Positions 17,844 through 30,204 of a DNA stretch of 64,000 bases are shown piece after piece. Under the pieces are notes generated by a model that was not told where the DNA came from, searched no databases, and saw only the letters and a list, made by a program, of their open reading frames with translations. How positions within the stretch are numbered: position 1 is the stretch's first letter; each line of letters starts with the position of its first letter. The DNA is from Planctomycetota bacterium (lineage in GTDB: Bacteria > Planctomycetota > Planctomycetia > Planctomycetales > Planctomycetaceae): contig JAQBVJ010000018.1 in NCBI GenBank assembly GCA_027623235.1, positions 9,540 to 73,539 on the forward strand, written 5' to 3'. A program made the position numbers and the translations under genes.

Positions 17844-19022
17844 TCACAACGCGATGTTGCTGGTCGCGAGAACCGGCTCGATCTGCGCGGTTTCGGGCAG
17901 GATCGCCGGGGCCGGTGCCGCGGACGCGGGCAAACGTGAGGCCATCTCCTGGAGGTCGCGGTGTTCCGGCCAGTCGGACAACGCTCGTGTGAGAATCGCC
18001 GCGGCCTCTGACAACTGTCCCTGCTGGACGCGGCAAACGCTGCGGAGTAACTCCAGATCGGCGGTTCGGAACTTCTCTTCTCGCACGATGCAGTCGAAAA
18101 TTCCCTGGGCCTTGTCGACTTGTCCCGTGTTCAGACACGAGTCGCCCCACGCGATGTACTCCGCGAGTTGTCCGTCAACGGGCGTGCCTCGAAGCGCGTC
18201 GGTGAAGTCGGCCTCAGCTTTGGCGAGCTCCCGTTGCCGGTAGTGGCACATCGCCCGGTTTCGCAGCCACAGTCGGCTGCCCGGACTGTTTCGCAGTGCG
18301 GTGTCGTAACAAACGACCGCTCGACGCCAGTTTCCAATTCCTTCGTAAAAGCGGGCGGCAGTGATCGGCAGCGTCTGGTCCGCCGGATTTCGCAGCATCG
18401 CCGCAGCGAGAACCGCGTCCGCCTCGGCATGCTGACTCCGGTCGACGAGCGCTCCGGCCAGGTCCTGTGCGAAGCGGACGTTACGCGGATCACGATTGAC
18501 TGCCTGGTGCAGAAGTTGAAGCCCGTTCCGCGCGGTCTCATCGGCCTGCCGCTGGATGTCCACTGCCGCCTGGGGCGAGTCACCACGATCGGCCAGTTGC
18601 AGCCGCGCGGACTGCATCAACTGGAGTCCGGTTCGATTCAGGATCACGCCGGAGTCTGAATGAAGCTCGGCGAGTTGCAGCAGCGAGTCACGATGCAGCC
18701 GCCAGTCCCTGCTCAACAACGCGACTTCTGTGAGCAGTTCGATGGCTGCCGTGTCCTGCGGAGCCGTCTTCAGATGCTCACTGAGTCGCAACTTCGCTTC
18801 TGCAAGCCGGCTTGCAGACAAGTGCTGCCGCGCCTCAGGAACGGCACCCAGTTCTGGAGAATCTGCTGTGAGCGCTTCCACCTGACGAGGACCTGGTCGG
18901 GACCACGAACCGATCGCCTGCCCGGAATTCGGAATCGACTCACAGCCGATGCCTGACAGAGCCAAAGTCGCGACCGCAGCAGCGAGCCCGAGCGGGTTGC
19001 GAAGTCTGTCGCGACGCGTCAT
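17844..19022 (-). CDS. TPR-repeat protein with signal peptide and possible lipobox
   Basis: N-terminus LGLAAAVATLALSGIGCES. The remainder is TPR-like helical repeats. Directly downstream of the secretin-like gene. Confidence 0.7.
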   Translation of the reverse strand: MTRRDRLRNPLGLAAAVATLALSGIGCESIPNSGQAIGSWSRPGPRQVEALTADSPELGAVPEARQHLSASRLAEAKLRLSEHLKTAPQDTAAIELLTEVALLSRDWRLHRDSLLQLAELHSDSGVILNRTGLQLMQSARLQLADRGDSPQAAVDIQRQADETARNGLQLLHQAVNRDPRNVRFAQDLAGALVDRSQHAEADAVLAAAMLRNPADQTLPITAARFYEGIGNWRRAVVCYDTALRNSPGSRLWLRNRAMCHYRQRELAKAEADFTDALRGTPVDGQLAEYIAWGDSCLNTGQVDKAQGIFDCIVREEKFRTADLELLRSVCRVQQGQLSEAAAILTRALSDWPEHRDLQEMASRLPASAAPAPAILPETAQIEPVLATSNIAL

Positions 19023-19112
19023 GAGACTGCTCCGGGAATGTGTGGCGAGCCACGCTGAAACTGGGATCTCTCCGAGTCATGAAGGCTGCGCCTGACCTGC
19101 GGCCCTGGGTTT

Positions 19113-22043
19113 TCAGAAGCTGGCTGGAAGTGGCAGGTCGATCATTGGCGCGGCAGCTTTGACTGGTTCGACTTCACGGATGATCGGTTCCGCCTCAAAC
19201 GCAACCGGCCTCGCTTCCAGAAACAGACGCTCGGGTTTCGCAGAGGCGTTGCCCCGTTCTGCGTCGCGATCTGCGATGAGAGTTTGAAGTTGAGGCAGCG
19301 ATCGCACGGTGGATTCACAATGCTTGCAGTGAGGTTTTCGTGGCTGGTGCGAGCTTCGATGAGGAATCGTGACTTCGGCAGCCAGTGCCGGGTTGGCGCC
19401 GGGGACTCGCGGATCGGAGATCGTCGAATTCTCCCGGTCGCGATTCTCAGACCGTGCGAAGATTTGAGCCATCCGGTCTTTGACCACCGGCGGTTCGACG
19501 GGAGCTGTCGTTTCCAGCGGTTCAGAATACGAAGCGGGCTCGGCCGACGGACCTGTTACGGATTCCTGCTGGCTGGCGACTGTTTCCAACGTGGCTTCGT
19601 CCAGCCCGATCGGAGTCGCTGTCAGCACGATGAGCCGCTGCGCGGTCTGGTGAATCTGTTTCGATTTTCGAAACGCGCGGCCGATGAACGGCAGTCGGGC
19701 CAGCTTCGAGGAATCGTCGCGGAGCGAGACATTCCCGCCGGTGCCAGCCTCGGTGATCAGCATCGACTGACCGTGGGCCATGTCAGCCTGAAGCGTGTCG
19801 AGTGTCGTCAGCGAGGTATCCGAATTTGCGGCGAGGCCATTGACGATCAGTCTCGGTTGGCCGAATTCTGTTCGCTCCAGTGTGACTCGCAAATCGTCTC
19901 CCGCAGCCACGCCGGATTCGTCGTTGCAGTGCAGACACAGCCAGCCAATTTTCAGTCGCGCCGATTGCCCCTCGACCAGCGAAACCGACGCGTCGGAAAC
20001 GGGCGTCGTGCGACCCAGCTTTGCCGCCTGATCGGCGACCTGCTGAGCGGCCGACTGGTGGCCGGGAGTTCGGGATCCGTGAAGCCGGATCGGCTCGAAA
20101 CTCATCGGCTGGACATTCTGTTGTTCCGTCGCGACCAGATGCAGGACCGTCGCGTTCAGACGATAGGTCTGCTTTCCGCGTAAAGCGGTCGCCGGAGTCG
20201 GAGCTGCCGCGATCGTGGATCTGCCGGACAACCTGTTGCGGGACGACGCTGTGCTCACTGCCGGTTCCGTGAGCTCTCGCGGAAGTTCGGCCGGCGTCGG
20301 GATTGTCGGAGTCCGATTGTCGAAGCCGGGAGACGTTACGCCGGCAGACTGCGAGTTCTCATCGATCGTCGCAGGCAGTTCCGGCATGGGATACGTCGAT
20401 GCGGGAGCGGGTATCGGTTCGGAAAGGTTGAGGCTCGCGGAGCCCGGAATTGAAACCGGCTGCGGCACTGAGTTCATCGGGTTTGTGACTCTGGCTGCCA
20501 CCGAATCTTTGAGTGCCGGCTCGCCGAGCAGCGGCATCGGATCCGACGGTTCCTTCTGCACGCTCGGCCTTGAGTCGTCACTCGGCGTCGAGATCGGCGA
20601 CGCATCGAACTCTGGTGGCGTGGCGGGCGGCGTCTCAGATTTAAACGGTGCTCCAGTTTCACGCTGCGTTTCAGTTTCACGGCGTGTTTCAGTTTCAAGC
20701 TGAGCGGCGTTGAGCGCGGCGAGGCCTGTTGCCGATTCTCCAGTGGCAGGGATCTTCTTTCGCGATCGCAGTTCGACTCGCTTTGCCTCGTACTGAATTT
20801 CAAAGTTCTGATTCTGGCAGAGCAGATCAAACAGAATCTGCGGCGCGATCTCACTCAGCGAGATCGCCTGAATTTCCTGGTCGACGTCCGTTGAAATCAC
20901 CAGACCACTGCCGGTCGCTTTCGCAAACTCAGCCAGGAGTTGACTGAGACTTGTCGATCGGGTGTGCACGCTGACTCGCAGCGGCAGTTCCGACACGACG
21001 GTGACGCCGGATGGAATCTCGTCGGCTTCTTCGGCAGGCAGCGGTTCCGACGATTTCGGCGGTGCTGCGAAGGAAGGCGGCGGTGGCAGGGTTGTCTCGG
21101 CGGGATCGTTCGCCGGGTTTGCCGTTGGCTGTGTTTTTGTCGTGGGCTGTGTTTTTGTCGTGGGCTGTGTTTTTGTCGTGGGCTGTGTTGTCGCCAGTCC
21201 GGGTGACGCTTCCGGTGGGGTCGCGACCGGAGCAGCGGGGCTGTGTCGCGCCGAGGGCGTCTCATCCAGTCTGCTCATCGGCTTCTTTCGAAGCGACTTC
21301 TGCATTTGCTTCTGTTGCTCGCTGAGTCCCGCGAGTTTCTGCCTGAGTTCGCGCAGTTCGACCTCACTCGTCACGCGAAGGTCGGACAGCTCGCGGCGGA
21401 TTTCGGATTCGTTGGCGGCCGCCCGTGCCGACTCGGCGACGGCGGCGGCGAGGGAAGCGGGGATTGTGGCCGGGATCGCTGCGGGAGCCGTCGAGGCAGC
21501 CTGCCGCATTGGTGACGAGTTGGCGAGGGTCGCTTTGGATTGATCGACGTTTTGCAGAACCTGGCTGAGCTGACGTTCGATCCGCTCCAGCCGAGCGTCG
21601 CCCGTTCCTCGGGCACTGGCGAGGACTGACTCCGAGCCGGCCCAGCGCATCGCGGAATTGTACGGTGACAGTTCCGACGAGGTTCCGCCTCCCGGCCCCA
21701 CCGAACTCGGCCAGACATCTGGCACACTGGCCGACGGAGCGGGCGGAGCAAAGTTCTGCGCGGAGTTCTCTTGTTGAGAGAAATGGCTCGTTGAGTGCGG
21801 TCTGCGTCCCGTGTCAGCCAGATCGTTTTCGCGCGTTCCGTCAGCCGTCGGTCGTCCATCAGCGTGGGGAACGATTTCTGAGGCAAGCTGCGGTCGCTGC
21901 TGATTCACGCGAATCAGCCCGAAAGTCGTCACTGAGGCAACAAGAATCAGTGCCGCGCCACACGCGAGGACTCGCGGGGCCGCGTGGAGATTTTCCGCTG
22001 CCGCCTTGTTTTGCGAAACCGCTGCTTTGCCTTGAGAAACCAC
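19113..22043 (-). CDS. Secretin-like giant protein (N-terminal TM anchor, coiled coil, Pro/Thr-rich linkers, degenerate secretin C-domain)
   Basis: 976 aa with a GTG start. STN-like segment SLSQLLAEFAKATGSGLVISTD. C-terminal secretin-type motif LARLPFIGRAFRKSKQIHQTAQRLIVLTATPI. TQPTTK x3 repeat. Confidence 0.6.
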   Translation of the reverse strand: MVSQGKAAVSQNKAAAENLHAAPRVLACGAALILVASVTTFGLIRVNQQRPQLASEIVPHADGRPTADGTRENDLADTGRRPHSTSHFSQQENSAQNFAPPAPSASVPDVWPSSVGPGGGTSSELSPYNSAMRWAGSESVLASARGTGDARLERIERQLSQVLQNVDQSKATLANSSPMRQAASTAPAAIPATIPASLAAAVAESARAAANESEIRRELSDLRVTSEVELRELRQKLAGLSEQQKQMQKSLRKKPMSRLDETPSARHSPAAPVATPPEASPGLATTQPTTKTQPTTKTQPTTKTQPTANPANDPAETTLPPPPSFAAPPKSSEPLPAEEADEIPSGVTVVSELPLRVSVHTRSTSLSQLLAEFAKATGSGLVISTDVDQEIQAISLSEIAPQILFDLLCQNQNFEIQYEAKRVELRSRKKIPATGESATGLAALNAAQLETETRRETETQRETGAPFKSETPPATPPEFDASPISTPSDDSRPSVQKEPSDPMPLLGEPALKDSVAARVTNPMNSVPQPVSIPGSASLNLSEPIPAPASTYPMPELPATIDENSQSAGVTSPGFDNRTPTIPTPAELPRELTEPAVSTASSRNRLSGRSTIAAAPTPATALRGKQTYRLNATVLHLVATEQQNVQPMSFEPIRLHGSRTPGHQSAAQQVADQAAKLGRTTPVSDASVSLVEGQSARLKIGWLCLHCNDESGVAAGDDLRVTLERTEFGQPRLIVNGLAANSDTSLTTLDTLQADMAHGQSMLITEAGTGGNVSLRDDSSKLARLPFIGRAFRKSKQIHQTAQRLIVLTATPIGLDEATLETVASQQESVTGPSAEPASYSEPLETTAPVEPPVVKDRMAQIFARSENRDRENSTISDPRVPGANPALAAEVTIPHRSSHQPRKPHCKHCESTVRSLPQLQTLIADRDAERGNASAKPERLFLEARPVAFEAEPIIREVEPVKAAAPMIDLPLPASF
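21127..21190. repeat. 18-bp tandem repeat GGCTGTGTTTTTGTCGTG x3.5 (TQPTTK units within the secretin-like gene)
   Basis: Units at 21127, 21145 and 21163, plus a partial copy at 21181. Confidence 0.9.
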
Positions 22044-22365
22044 AGTCAGGCTCCATCCTGAAGGTGAATCACGCTGGACGTCGGTCGCGATCGCCCAGTT
22101 GAAGTGAGATCGCGGCTGTCGAACCTGCGCACGCCGGTAGAGTGGTCGCGCAACGCGAGCCTCTGAGTGATCATTCGACCTGGCCGAGGCCTCAGGATCA
22201 GCACAATCCGCAAATCTCGCCAGTTCCGGGCGTTCTGGCTGGTCGAATTTCGCCGTGGGGGTGCGCCGAGTCAGGCGCGTCAGGCGCGTCCTGCCGGTGA
22301 CTCAACCGAGCGAGCGGCGGTCGACCGACACAAGAGGGCTCTCAACACAGCCACGCAGTGCGTAC

Positions 22366-22418
22366 AAAAAAAAAGACGCGACAGGGTCCCCTCAAGCTCC
22401 AAGCTCTCCCTGTCACGC
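22366..22418 (-). terminator. Intrinsic terminator-like hairpin plus T9 tract on the minus strand, with no ORF upstream of it
   Basis: Minus strand reads GCGTGACAGGG-(loop)-CCCTGTCGCG followed by TCTTTTTTTTT (A9 on the plus strand at 22366-22374). Confidence 0.55.
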
Positions 22419-22495
22419 CTCAAAATTGTCGTGAGCCGAAACCGGCACCCCTTTGGATGAGTACGGTCGGTTGACGACGGGTTCTCCGCGAAAGT
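22366..22495 (-). ncRNA. Candidate ~130-nt small RNA or 5' leader (family not recognised)
   Basis: Minus-strand TTGACT (22529-22524), N16, TATGTT (22507-22502) promoter-like element. No credible ORF, and the transcript would end at the terminator above. Confidence 0.25.
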
Positions 22496-22683
22496 CGGGC
22501 AAACATAGGCCCGCATTGTGGCGAGTCAAATTGCGTTGCCAGAGATTCTTTTTGTTTTCCGGCCGCTATACTCCGCCGATGGTCGCAGTTTGCGGTTTGT
22601 CAGGTCAGACCAGAAATGCGGAGCGCATTTCGCGGACCGCTCGTCAATCCGGCCGGTATCACCTTCTGCTGAGGAATCCACCC

Positions 22684-24399
22684 ATGCTTATGCTTCGTCC
22701 TTTTGCCGCCAGTCTCGCGGTGATTGCCACTTTATTCTCCACCGTTCAGGCGATTGCCGACGGACCGCTCGATCTTATTCCCAGTGACGCGGCCATTGTC
22801 GTGCGGCTGAAAAGTCCTGAGGGCACGATCGCGAAAGTCGGAAACTTCGCAAATCAGATTCAGCCGGGAATCGGCTTCCTCGTCCAGGGACAGGCTCCGG
22901 CGCTGGGGATCGCGATTTCCAATCCGACGCTCGGTGGAGTCGATCTGAAAAACGACTGGTACGTGGCCGCCTTCCCGAAAAAAGACGGGGAGCCCGATGT
23001 CGTCTTCGTCGTCCCATCAACCGATTCCGACGCGATGAAGGAAGCCGTCGGACCAGGATTCACTTACGCCGTCAAAGGGGATTGGGTGGCGTACTCGATG
23101 AACCCGGCCGCCACCAAAAAGTCGCAGGCGTGCATCGATGGGAAGGCAAAGTCCTTGAACCTCGGACGACGGGCGGGTGGCCTGTTCAACGAAAATGACA
23201 TCTCGATCTTCGTCAACATCGCGACTCTGACCGGCGCGTACGCCGAAGAACTGGACAAGGCGGAAGACGAACTCGCACGCGGCCTGGAGAACTTCGACGA
23301 ATCTCAGGCTCCTCCAGGAGTCAACGCAAAAGCCCTGCGAGAGATGATTCAGACGTTCGGAAAGACCGCACTGCAGGCCGTTCGTGATGCCGATGCGTTC
23401 GCGGCCGGAGTCACGTTCGGCGAGGAAGCACTGACGATTGACGAACTTCTGCTGGTGAAAGCCGGTTCTGACAGCTCGAAGTTCCTCGCAGCCAACCCGG
23501 GCAGTGAACTCGCACTGCTTGGCAAGGTGCCGCAGGGTGAGCTCGGCTACGTGGCTTTGGACATGGACATGAGCGGCTTCATTAAGTGGGGCCTGGGCCT
23601 GGCTGTTTCGATCATGGACGGAAATGAGGACGCAGCAAAACAGCTGGAAATAGTTTCCAAATCACTGGAAGAGGTCAAATTCGGTTCGGTCGTCACAGCG
23701 TTCGGACTGAACACAGAAGGCGACGACGGCATTCTCAGGACGGTCTCTGTCACCGAAGCCACGCCGGCGTCGAAGCTTCGCAGTCTCGTCCGGGACTTCT
23801 CGAAACTTGGTGCGATCAGCAGCCCTGGCATCAAACAGGAAATCACCGTTAAAGAAGATGCCGAGACCTACGGGAAGCACAAAGCCGACCTTGTGACGGT
23901 CAAGCAGGAGTTCTCACCAGAGGCGGATCCGCTGGGGATCAGCCAGCAGATGATGGATTTGTTTTATGGTAAAGAAGGAGCGACTCAGCGAGTCGTCTCA
24001 ACAGACAGCCTGATGATTCAGACGGCTGGCGGCGGACAGGACACCATGAAGGCAACTCTCGCGAGCCTGGAAGGTCCTGCCGCAACCAGTGGAGCCGTTG
24101 TCGATGCGCGAAAACTGGCGCTTGGCAAATCCAACCTCGTCGCGATGATTGACCTGCCGAACTTCCTTCTGAAAGGCGCTGTGGCCGCCGGCAAAAGTGG
24201 AATGCTGCCCATTCCGCTCCCGACCGAAGAAATCGCGAAGATCAAGATTCCGGTCAGCTATCTGGTCATCTCCGTCGGAACCGAACCGGACGGTCTGCGA
24301 GCCAAGACCGCTCTGCCGATCAAAATGTTTAAAGGCTTCATGGAGATCCAGAAGTTTGTCCAGCAGATGCAGCAGAACCAGTTGCAGAACGGATTCTGA
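22684..24399 (+). CDS. Secreted hypothetical protein (571 aa)
   Basis: ATG 22684 preceded by GAGGA. Signal peptide MLMLRPFAASLAVIATLFSTVQA. Followed by a strong terminator. No family recognised. Confidence 0.7.
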   Translation: MLMLRPFAASLAVIATLFSTVQAIADGPLDLIPSDAAIVVRLKSPEGTIAKVGNFANQIQPGIGFLVQGQAPALGIAISNPTLGGVDLKNDWYVAAFPKKDGEPDVVFVVPSTDSDAMKEAVGPGFTYAVKGDWVAYSMNPAATKKSQACIDGKAKSLNLGRRAGGLFNENDISIFVNIATLTGAYAEELDKAEDELARGLENFDESQAPPGVNAKALREMIQTFGKTALQAVRDADAFAAGVTFGEEALTIDELLLVKAGSDSSKFLAANPGSELALLGKVPQGELGYVALDMDMSGFIKWGLGLAVSIMDGNEDAAKQLEIVSKSLEEVKFGSVVTAFGLNTEGDDGILRTVSVTEATPASKLRSLVRDFSKLGAISSPGIKQEITVKEDAETYGKHKADLVTVKQEFSPEADPLGISQQMMDLFYGKEGATQRVVSTDSLMIQTAGGGQDTMKATLASLEGPAATSGAVVDARKLALGKSNLVAMIDLPNFLLKGAVAAGKSGMLPIPLPTEEIAKIKIPVSYLVISVGTEPDGLRAKTALPIKMFKGFMEIQKFVQQMQQNQLQNGF

Positions 24400-24427
24400 G
24401 GGTCAACGCTGATTCGAAACTTGAGAG

Positions 24428-24459
24428 GCCTGTCACTTCGGTGGCAGGCTTTTTTATTT
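24428..24459 (+). terminator. Rho-independent terminator
   Basis: GCCTGTCAC-TTCG-GTGGCAGGC (9-bp stem, UUCG loop) followed by TTTTTTATTT. Confidence 0.85.
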
Positions 24460-24583
24460 GGAGGCCGACCATCAACAAGGCAAACGACCAGATCCACCGT
24501 GACGCGGTCTTGCTGGTTGGTACAATCTCCGACAGTTTTCGCTGAGCTCGATCGCGGCAGGAGTCACCAGGAAAGGATTCGTC

Positions 24584-26728
24584 ATGAGCGTGTTTTGTTT
24601 TGAGGAACTGGATGGCCAGATTGGCCTGCTGACATTCGACACGCCGGGACGGCCGGTCAACACGCTGGGCCGGGCGATTATGGAAGAGCTCGCCGGCCAC
24701 GTGACCGAGCTGGAAAAACGCGGCGACCTGAACGGGCTGCTGCTGATCAGTGGGAAGCCGGGACAGTTCATTGCCGGTGCCGATTTGAACGAGCTCGGAG
24801 CACTGGCGACGGCCACTCGTGATGAGGTGCTCGAGGCGGTCGGAGCCGGGCACGCGTTGTTCAGCCGGCTCAGCCACCTGCCATTTCCGACGGTCGCACT
24901 CGTCGATGGCGCGTGCATGGGCGGCGGCACGGAACTGATCCTGTCCTGCGACGAGCGGATCGTCTCAAACGGCAAAACGAAGATCGCTCTGCCGGAAGTC
25001 AACGTCGGTCTCATTCCCGGCTGGGGCGGCACGCAGCGGCTGCCTCGGCTGATCGGCATCAACGGAGCCATCGAGGTCATCACGTCCGGCAAACCGCTCG
25101 GCCCGGCCGAGTGTGTTCAGAAGGGCGTCGCGTTCGATGCTGTGCCCGCCGAAAGACTCATTGACGCGGGGCGACGCGTCATCGGTCTGCTGCGCGAAAA
25201 CGACCTCTGGAATCAGAACCGCGAGAAGCGATCCCAGCCGCTCGGGCTGAGTGCCGACCAGTTGGCGATGGCGTTTGCCGTGGCTGAGGGAGCGGTCTTC
25301 GGCAAAACGAAGGGGCAGTACCCGGCACCGATGGCAGCCCTGCGAGCGATGAAAGAGGGCGTCAATCGGCCGCTCGAAGAAGGACTGAAGATTGAACGAG
25401 AAGTCTCGCTGGACGTCGTCGGCTCGACGGTGTCTGCGAATCTGATCGGAGTTTTCTTCATGAACAATCAGGTCGGGAAGGACCCCGGCTTCGGCGGAAC
25501 GGGAGCGACTCCGAGAGACGTTTCACGAGTCGGCGTTCTGGGCACCGGTCAAATGGGAGCAGGCATCGCGACAGCTCACTGTCGGCGCGGCATCCCGGCG
25601 ACGATGGTCGACGTGGACGATCAACGAATCGGCTGGGGACTGGCTGCCGCACGGAAAGTGATCGAGTCGCGGATGCAGATCGGTCGTGCCACCGCGAGCG
25701 AACTCGCCGACATGCTGGCTCTGCTGAGCACCTCAACATCGAAGGACGCGTTCTCCAGTTGCGATGTCGTCGTCGAGGCGATCACTGAGAACGAGAAATT
25801 CAAAACGGCCGCGTACAAAGAACTCGCCCCGGTGATGAAAGAGGGAGCGATCCTGGCGAGTAATACTTCGACAATTTCCATCACCCGCATGGCTGAGTCG
25901 ACCGCTCATCCGGAACGCTTTGTCGGAATGCACTTTTTCTACCCGGTCGACCGGATGCAGCTGGTTGAGGTGATTCGCGGCGAAAAGACCGACGACGAAA
26001 CCGTCGAAACCGTCGTCACACTTTCAAAGCGGATCGGCAAAACACCGATCGTCATGAAGGACTGCCCGGGCTTTCTGGTGAACCGCGTTCTGCTGCCCTA
26101 CATGAATGAGTCGCTGCTGCTGCTGTGCGAAGGCGCGTCGATGGACGCGATCGATAAAGCCGCGACGAAGTTCGGCATGCCGATGGGCCCGCTGGCTCTG
26201 CACGACCTGGTCGGAACCGATGTGGCCTTGTTCGCCGGACAGGTCGTCGCTTCAGCGTACTCGGACCGGGCCAACATGAGCCCGATCCTGGCGGACGTCG
26301 TGGCTGCCGGACGGCTTGGCAAGAAAAGCGGATCCGGCTTCCGCTCTTACGCCGGCCCGAAAGGCAAGCCGTCCGCCGACCCGGACTTTGCGGCGATCCT
26401 CGAAAAACACCGGACCGACTCGCGCGAGTTCACGCCCACGGAAATCACCGAGCGGCTCTTCCTGCCGATGCTCCTTGAGGCGACCCGCGTCCTGGAAGAC
26501 GGCATCGTTTCCGAGCCGGCTCATGTCGACCTTGGGCTACTGCTGGGCATCGGCTTCCCGGCCTTCCGCGGCGGAATCCTGCACTGGTGCGACACCGAGG
26601 GCCCGGACGCGATCCTCAAGAAACTGGAGACGTACACGAACCTCGGCAAACGCTTCGAGGCAACGGAATCGCTGAGCCAAATGGCCTCATCACAAGGGCG
26701 ATACTTCAACCTCGGTAAAGTCGCATAA
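24584..26728 (+). CDS. Bifunctional fatty-acid oxidation enzyme (enoyl-CoA hydratase / 3-hydroxyacyl-CoA dehydrogenase, FadB/FadJ type)
   Basis: 714 aa. Crotonase part GKPGQFIAGADLNEL and GACMGGGTEL. Dehydrogenase Rossmann VGVLGTGQMGAGIA, NTSTISI, HFFYPV. Confidence 0.9.
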   Translation: MSVFCFEELDGQIGLLTFDTPGRPVNTLGRAIMEELAGHVTELEKRGDLNGLLLISGKPGQFIAGADLNELGALATATRDEVLEAVGAGHALFSRLSHLPFPTVALVDGACMGGGTELILSCDERIVSNGKTKIALPEVNVGLIPGWGGTQRLPRLIGINGAIEVITSGKPLGPAECVQKGVAFDAVPAERLIDAGRRVIGLLRENDLWNQNREKRSQPLGLSADQLAMAFAVAEGAVFGKTKGQYPAPMAALRAMKEGVNRPLEEGLKIEREVSLDVVGSTVSANLIGVFFMNNQVGKDPGFGGTGATPRDVSRVGVLGTGQMGAGIATAHCRRGIPATMVDVDDQRIGWGLAAARKVIESRMQIGRATASELADMLALLSTSTSKDAFSSCDVVVEAITENEKFKTAAYKELAPVMKEGAILASNTSTISITRMAESTAHPERFVGMHFFYPVDRMQLVEVIRGEKTDDETVETVVTLSKRIGKTPIVMKDCPGFLVNRVLLPYMNESLLLLCEGASMDAIDKAATKFGMPMGPLALHDLVGTDVALFAGQVVASAYSDRANMSPILADVVAAGRLGKKSGSGFRSYAGPKGKPSADPDFAAILEKHRTDSREFTPTEITERLFLPMLLEATRVLEDGIVSEPAHVDLGLLLGIGFPAFRGGILHWCDTEGPDAILKKLETYTNLGKRFEATESLSQMASSQGRYFNLGKVA

Positions 26729-26776
26729 GCATCCGTCGGCAAAGCAGACCGTCCCTCTGCCCATTTCAGCAGGCGA

Positions 26777-26971
26777 TTATTTTCGCCGGAAGAATTTCAG
26801 GGCTCCGCCGCCAAGTGCCATGATCACGAACACGGCTGCACGAATGCCTCCGGCACGGCCACCAGGCAGATTGGTCCGTGACCCGTCAGCGTTTTCGACG
26901 TAGTCAAAGCGGGTCCGGCAGTGCGGGCAGGTTGTTGCCGACTCGGACACTTCCTTGCCACAGTTGCTCAT
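26777..26971 (-). CDS. Small zinc-ribbon protein with C-terminal TM helix
   Basis: MSNCGKEV...CPHCRTRF (CxxK...CxxC), then AAVFVIMALGGGALKFF. 64 aa. Confidence 0.5.
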   Translation of the reverse strand: MSNCGKEVSESATTCPHCRTRFDYVENADGSRTNLPGGRAGGIRAAVFVIMALGGGALKFFRRK

Positions 26972-27051
26972 GGAGAACTCCGATTACGAAGCGGTTCAAC
27001 AGGCCTGCCGCCGGATGCCGCTTCTAACGCTCTATCGGACTGAATGGTGGG

Positions 27052-27107
27052 GTAAGCATTCTGCTTGCCGATAGTCTGCAACCGACCATCGCAAGCTGGA
27101 AGCTTAC
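27052..27107. repeat. REP-like imperfect palindrome (GTAAGC..GCTTGC / GCAAGCTGGAAGCTTAC family)
   Basis: Left arm GTAAGCATTCTGCTTGC (27052-27068) against right arm GCAAGCTGGAAGCTTAC (27091-27107), 14/17 complementary. The same arm sequence recurs at 63451-63498. Confidence 0.7.
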
Positions 27108-27375
27108 GCCACTGAAACTGCAACCCGTAAATTCCGCTTTGACAAAGCGCTGGCAGAACCGACCATTCCCGTCGCTTCAGGTTCGGCCATCGGGCATGCC
27201 ATCACGGCTTAAGCTGTCGCGCCGCCTTGCGGTTTTCTTAAACCGGAGTCGTCGTATTCGCCGGTTCGCCCTGCCGGATTCTCTTCGCGAAGCCAATCCG
27301 TCGTTGGGGGAAGCTGGAGTCGCCAGTACACTTCGGCCGTGGAATCCCCACGCTCGCCGGAATGGAGTCATCCGA

Positions 27376-30189
<2,814 letters not shown>

Positions 30190-30204
30190 CGAGGTCAGCG
30201 GGCC

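Noticed and set aside
22585-22650. SRP/4.5S-RNA-like string GTCAGGTCAGACC
   Set aside because: The resemblance to the domain IV motif CAGGUCAGGUCCGGAAGGAAGCAGCC breaks down after GGUC. There is no GNAR-capped helix and no complementary 3' strand. This is probably just the 5' UTR of the gene at 22684.
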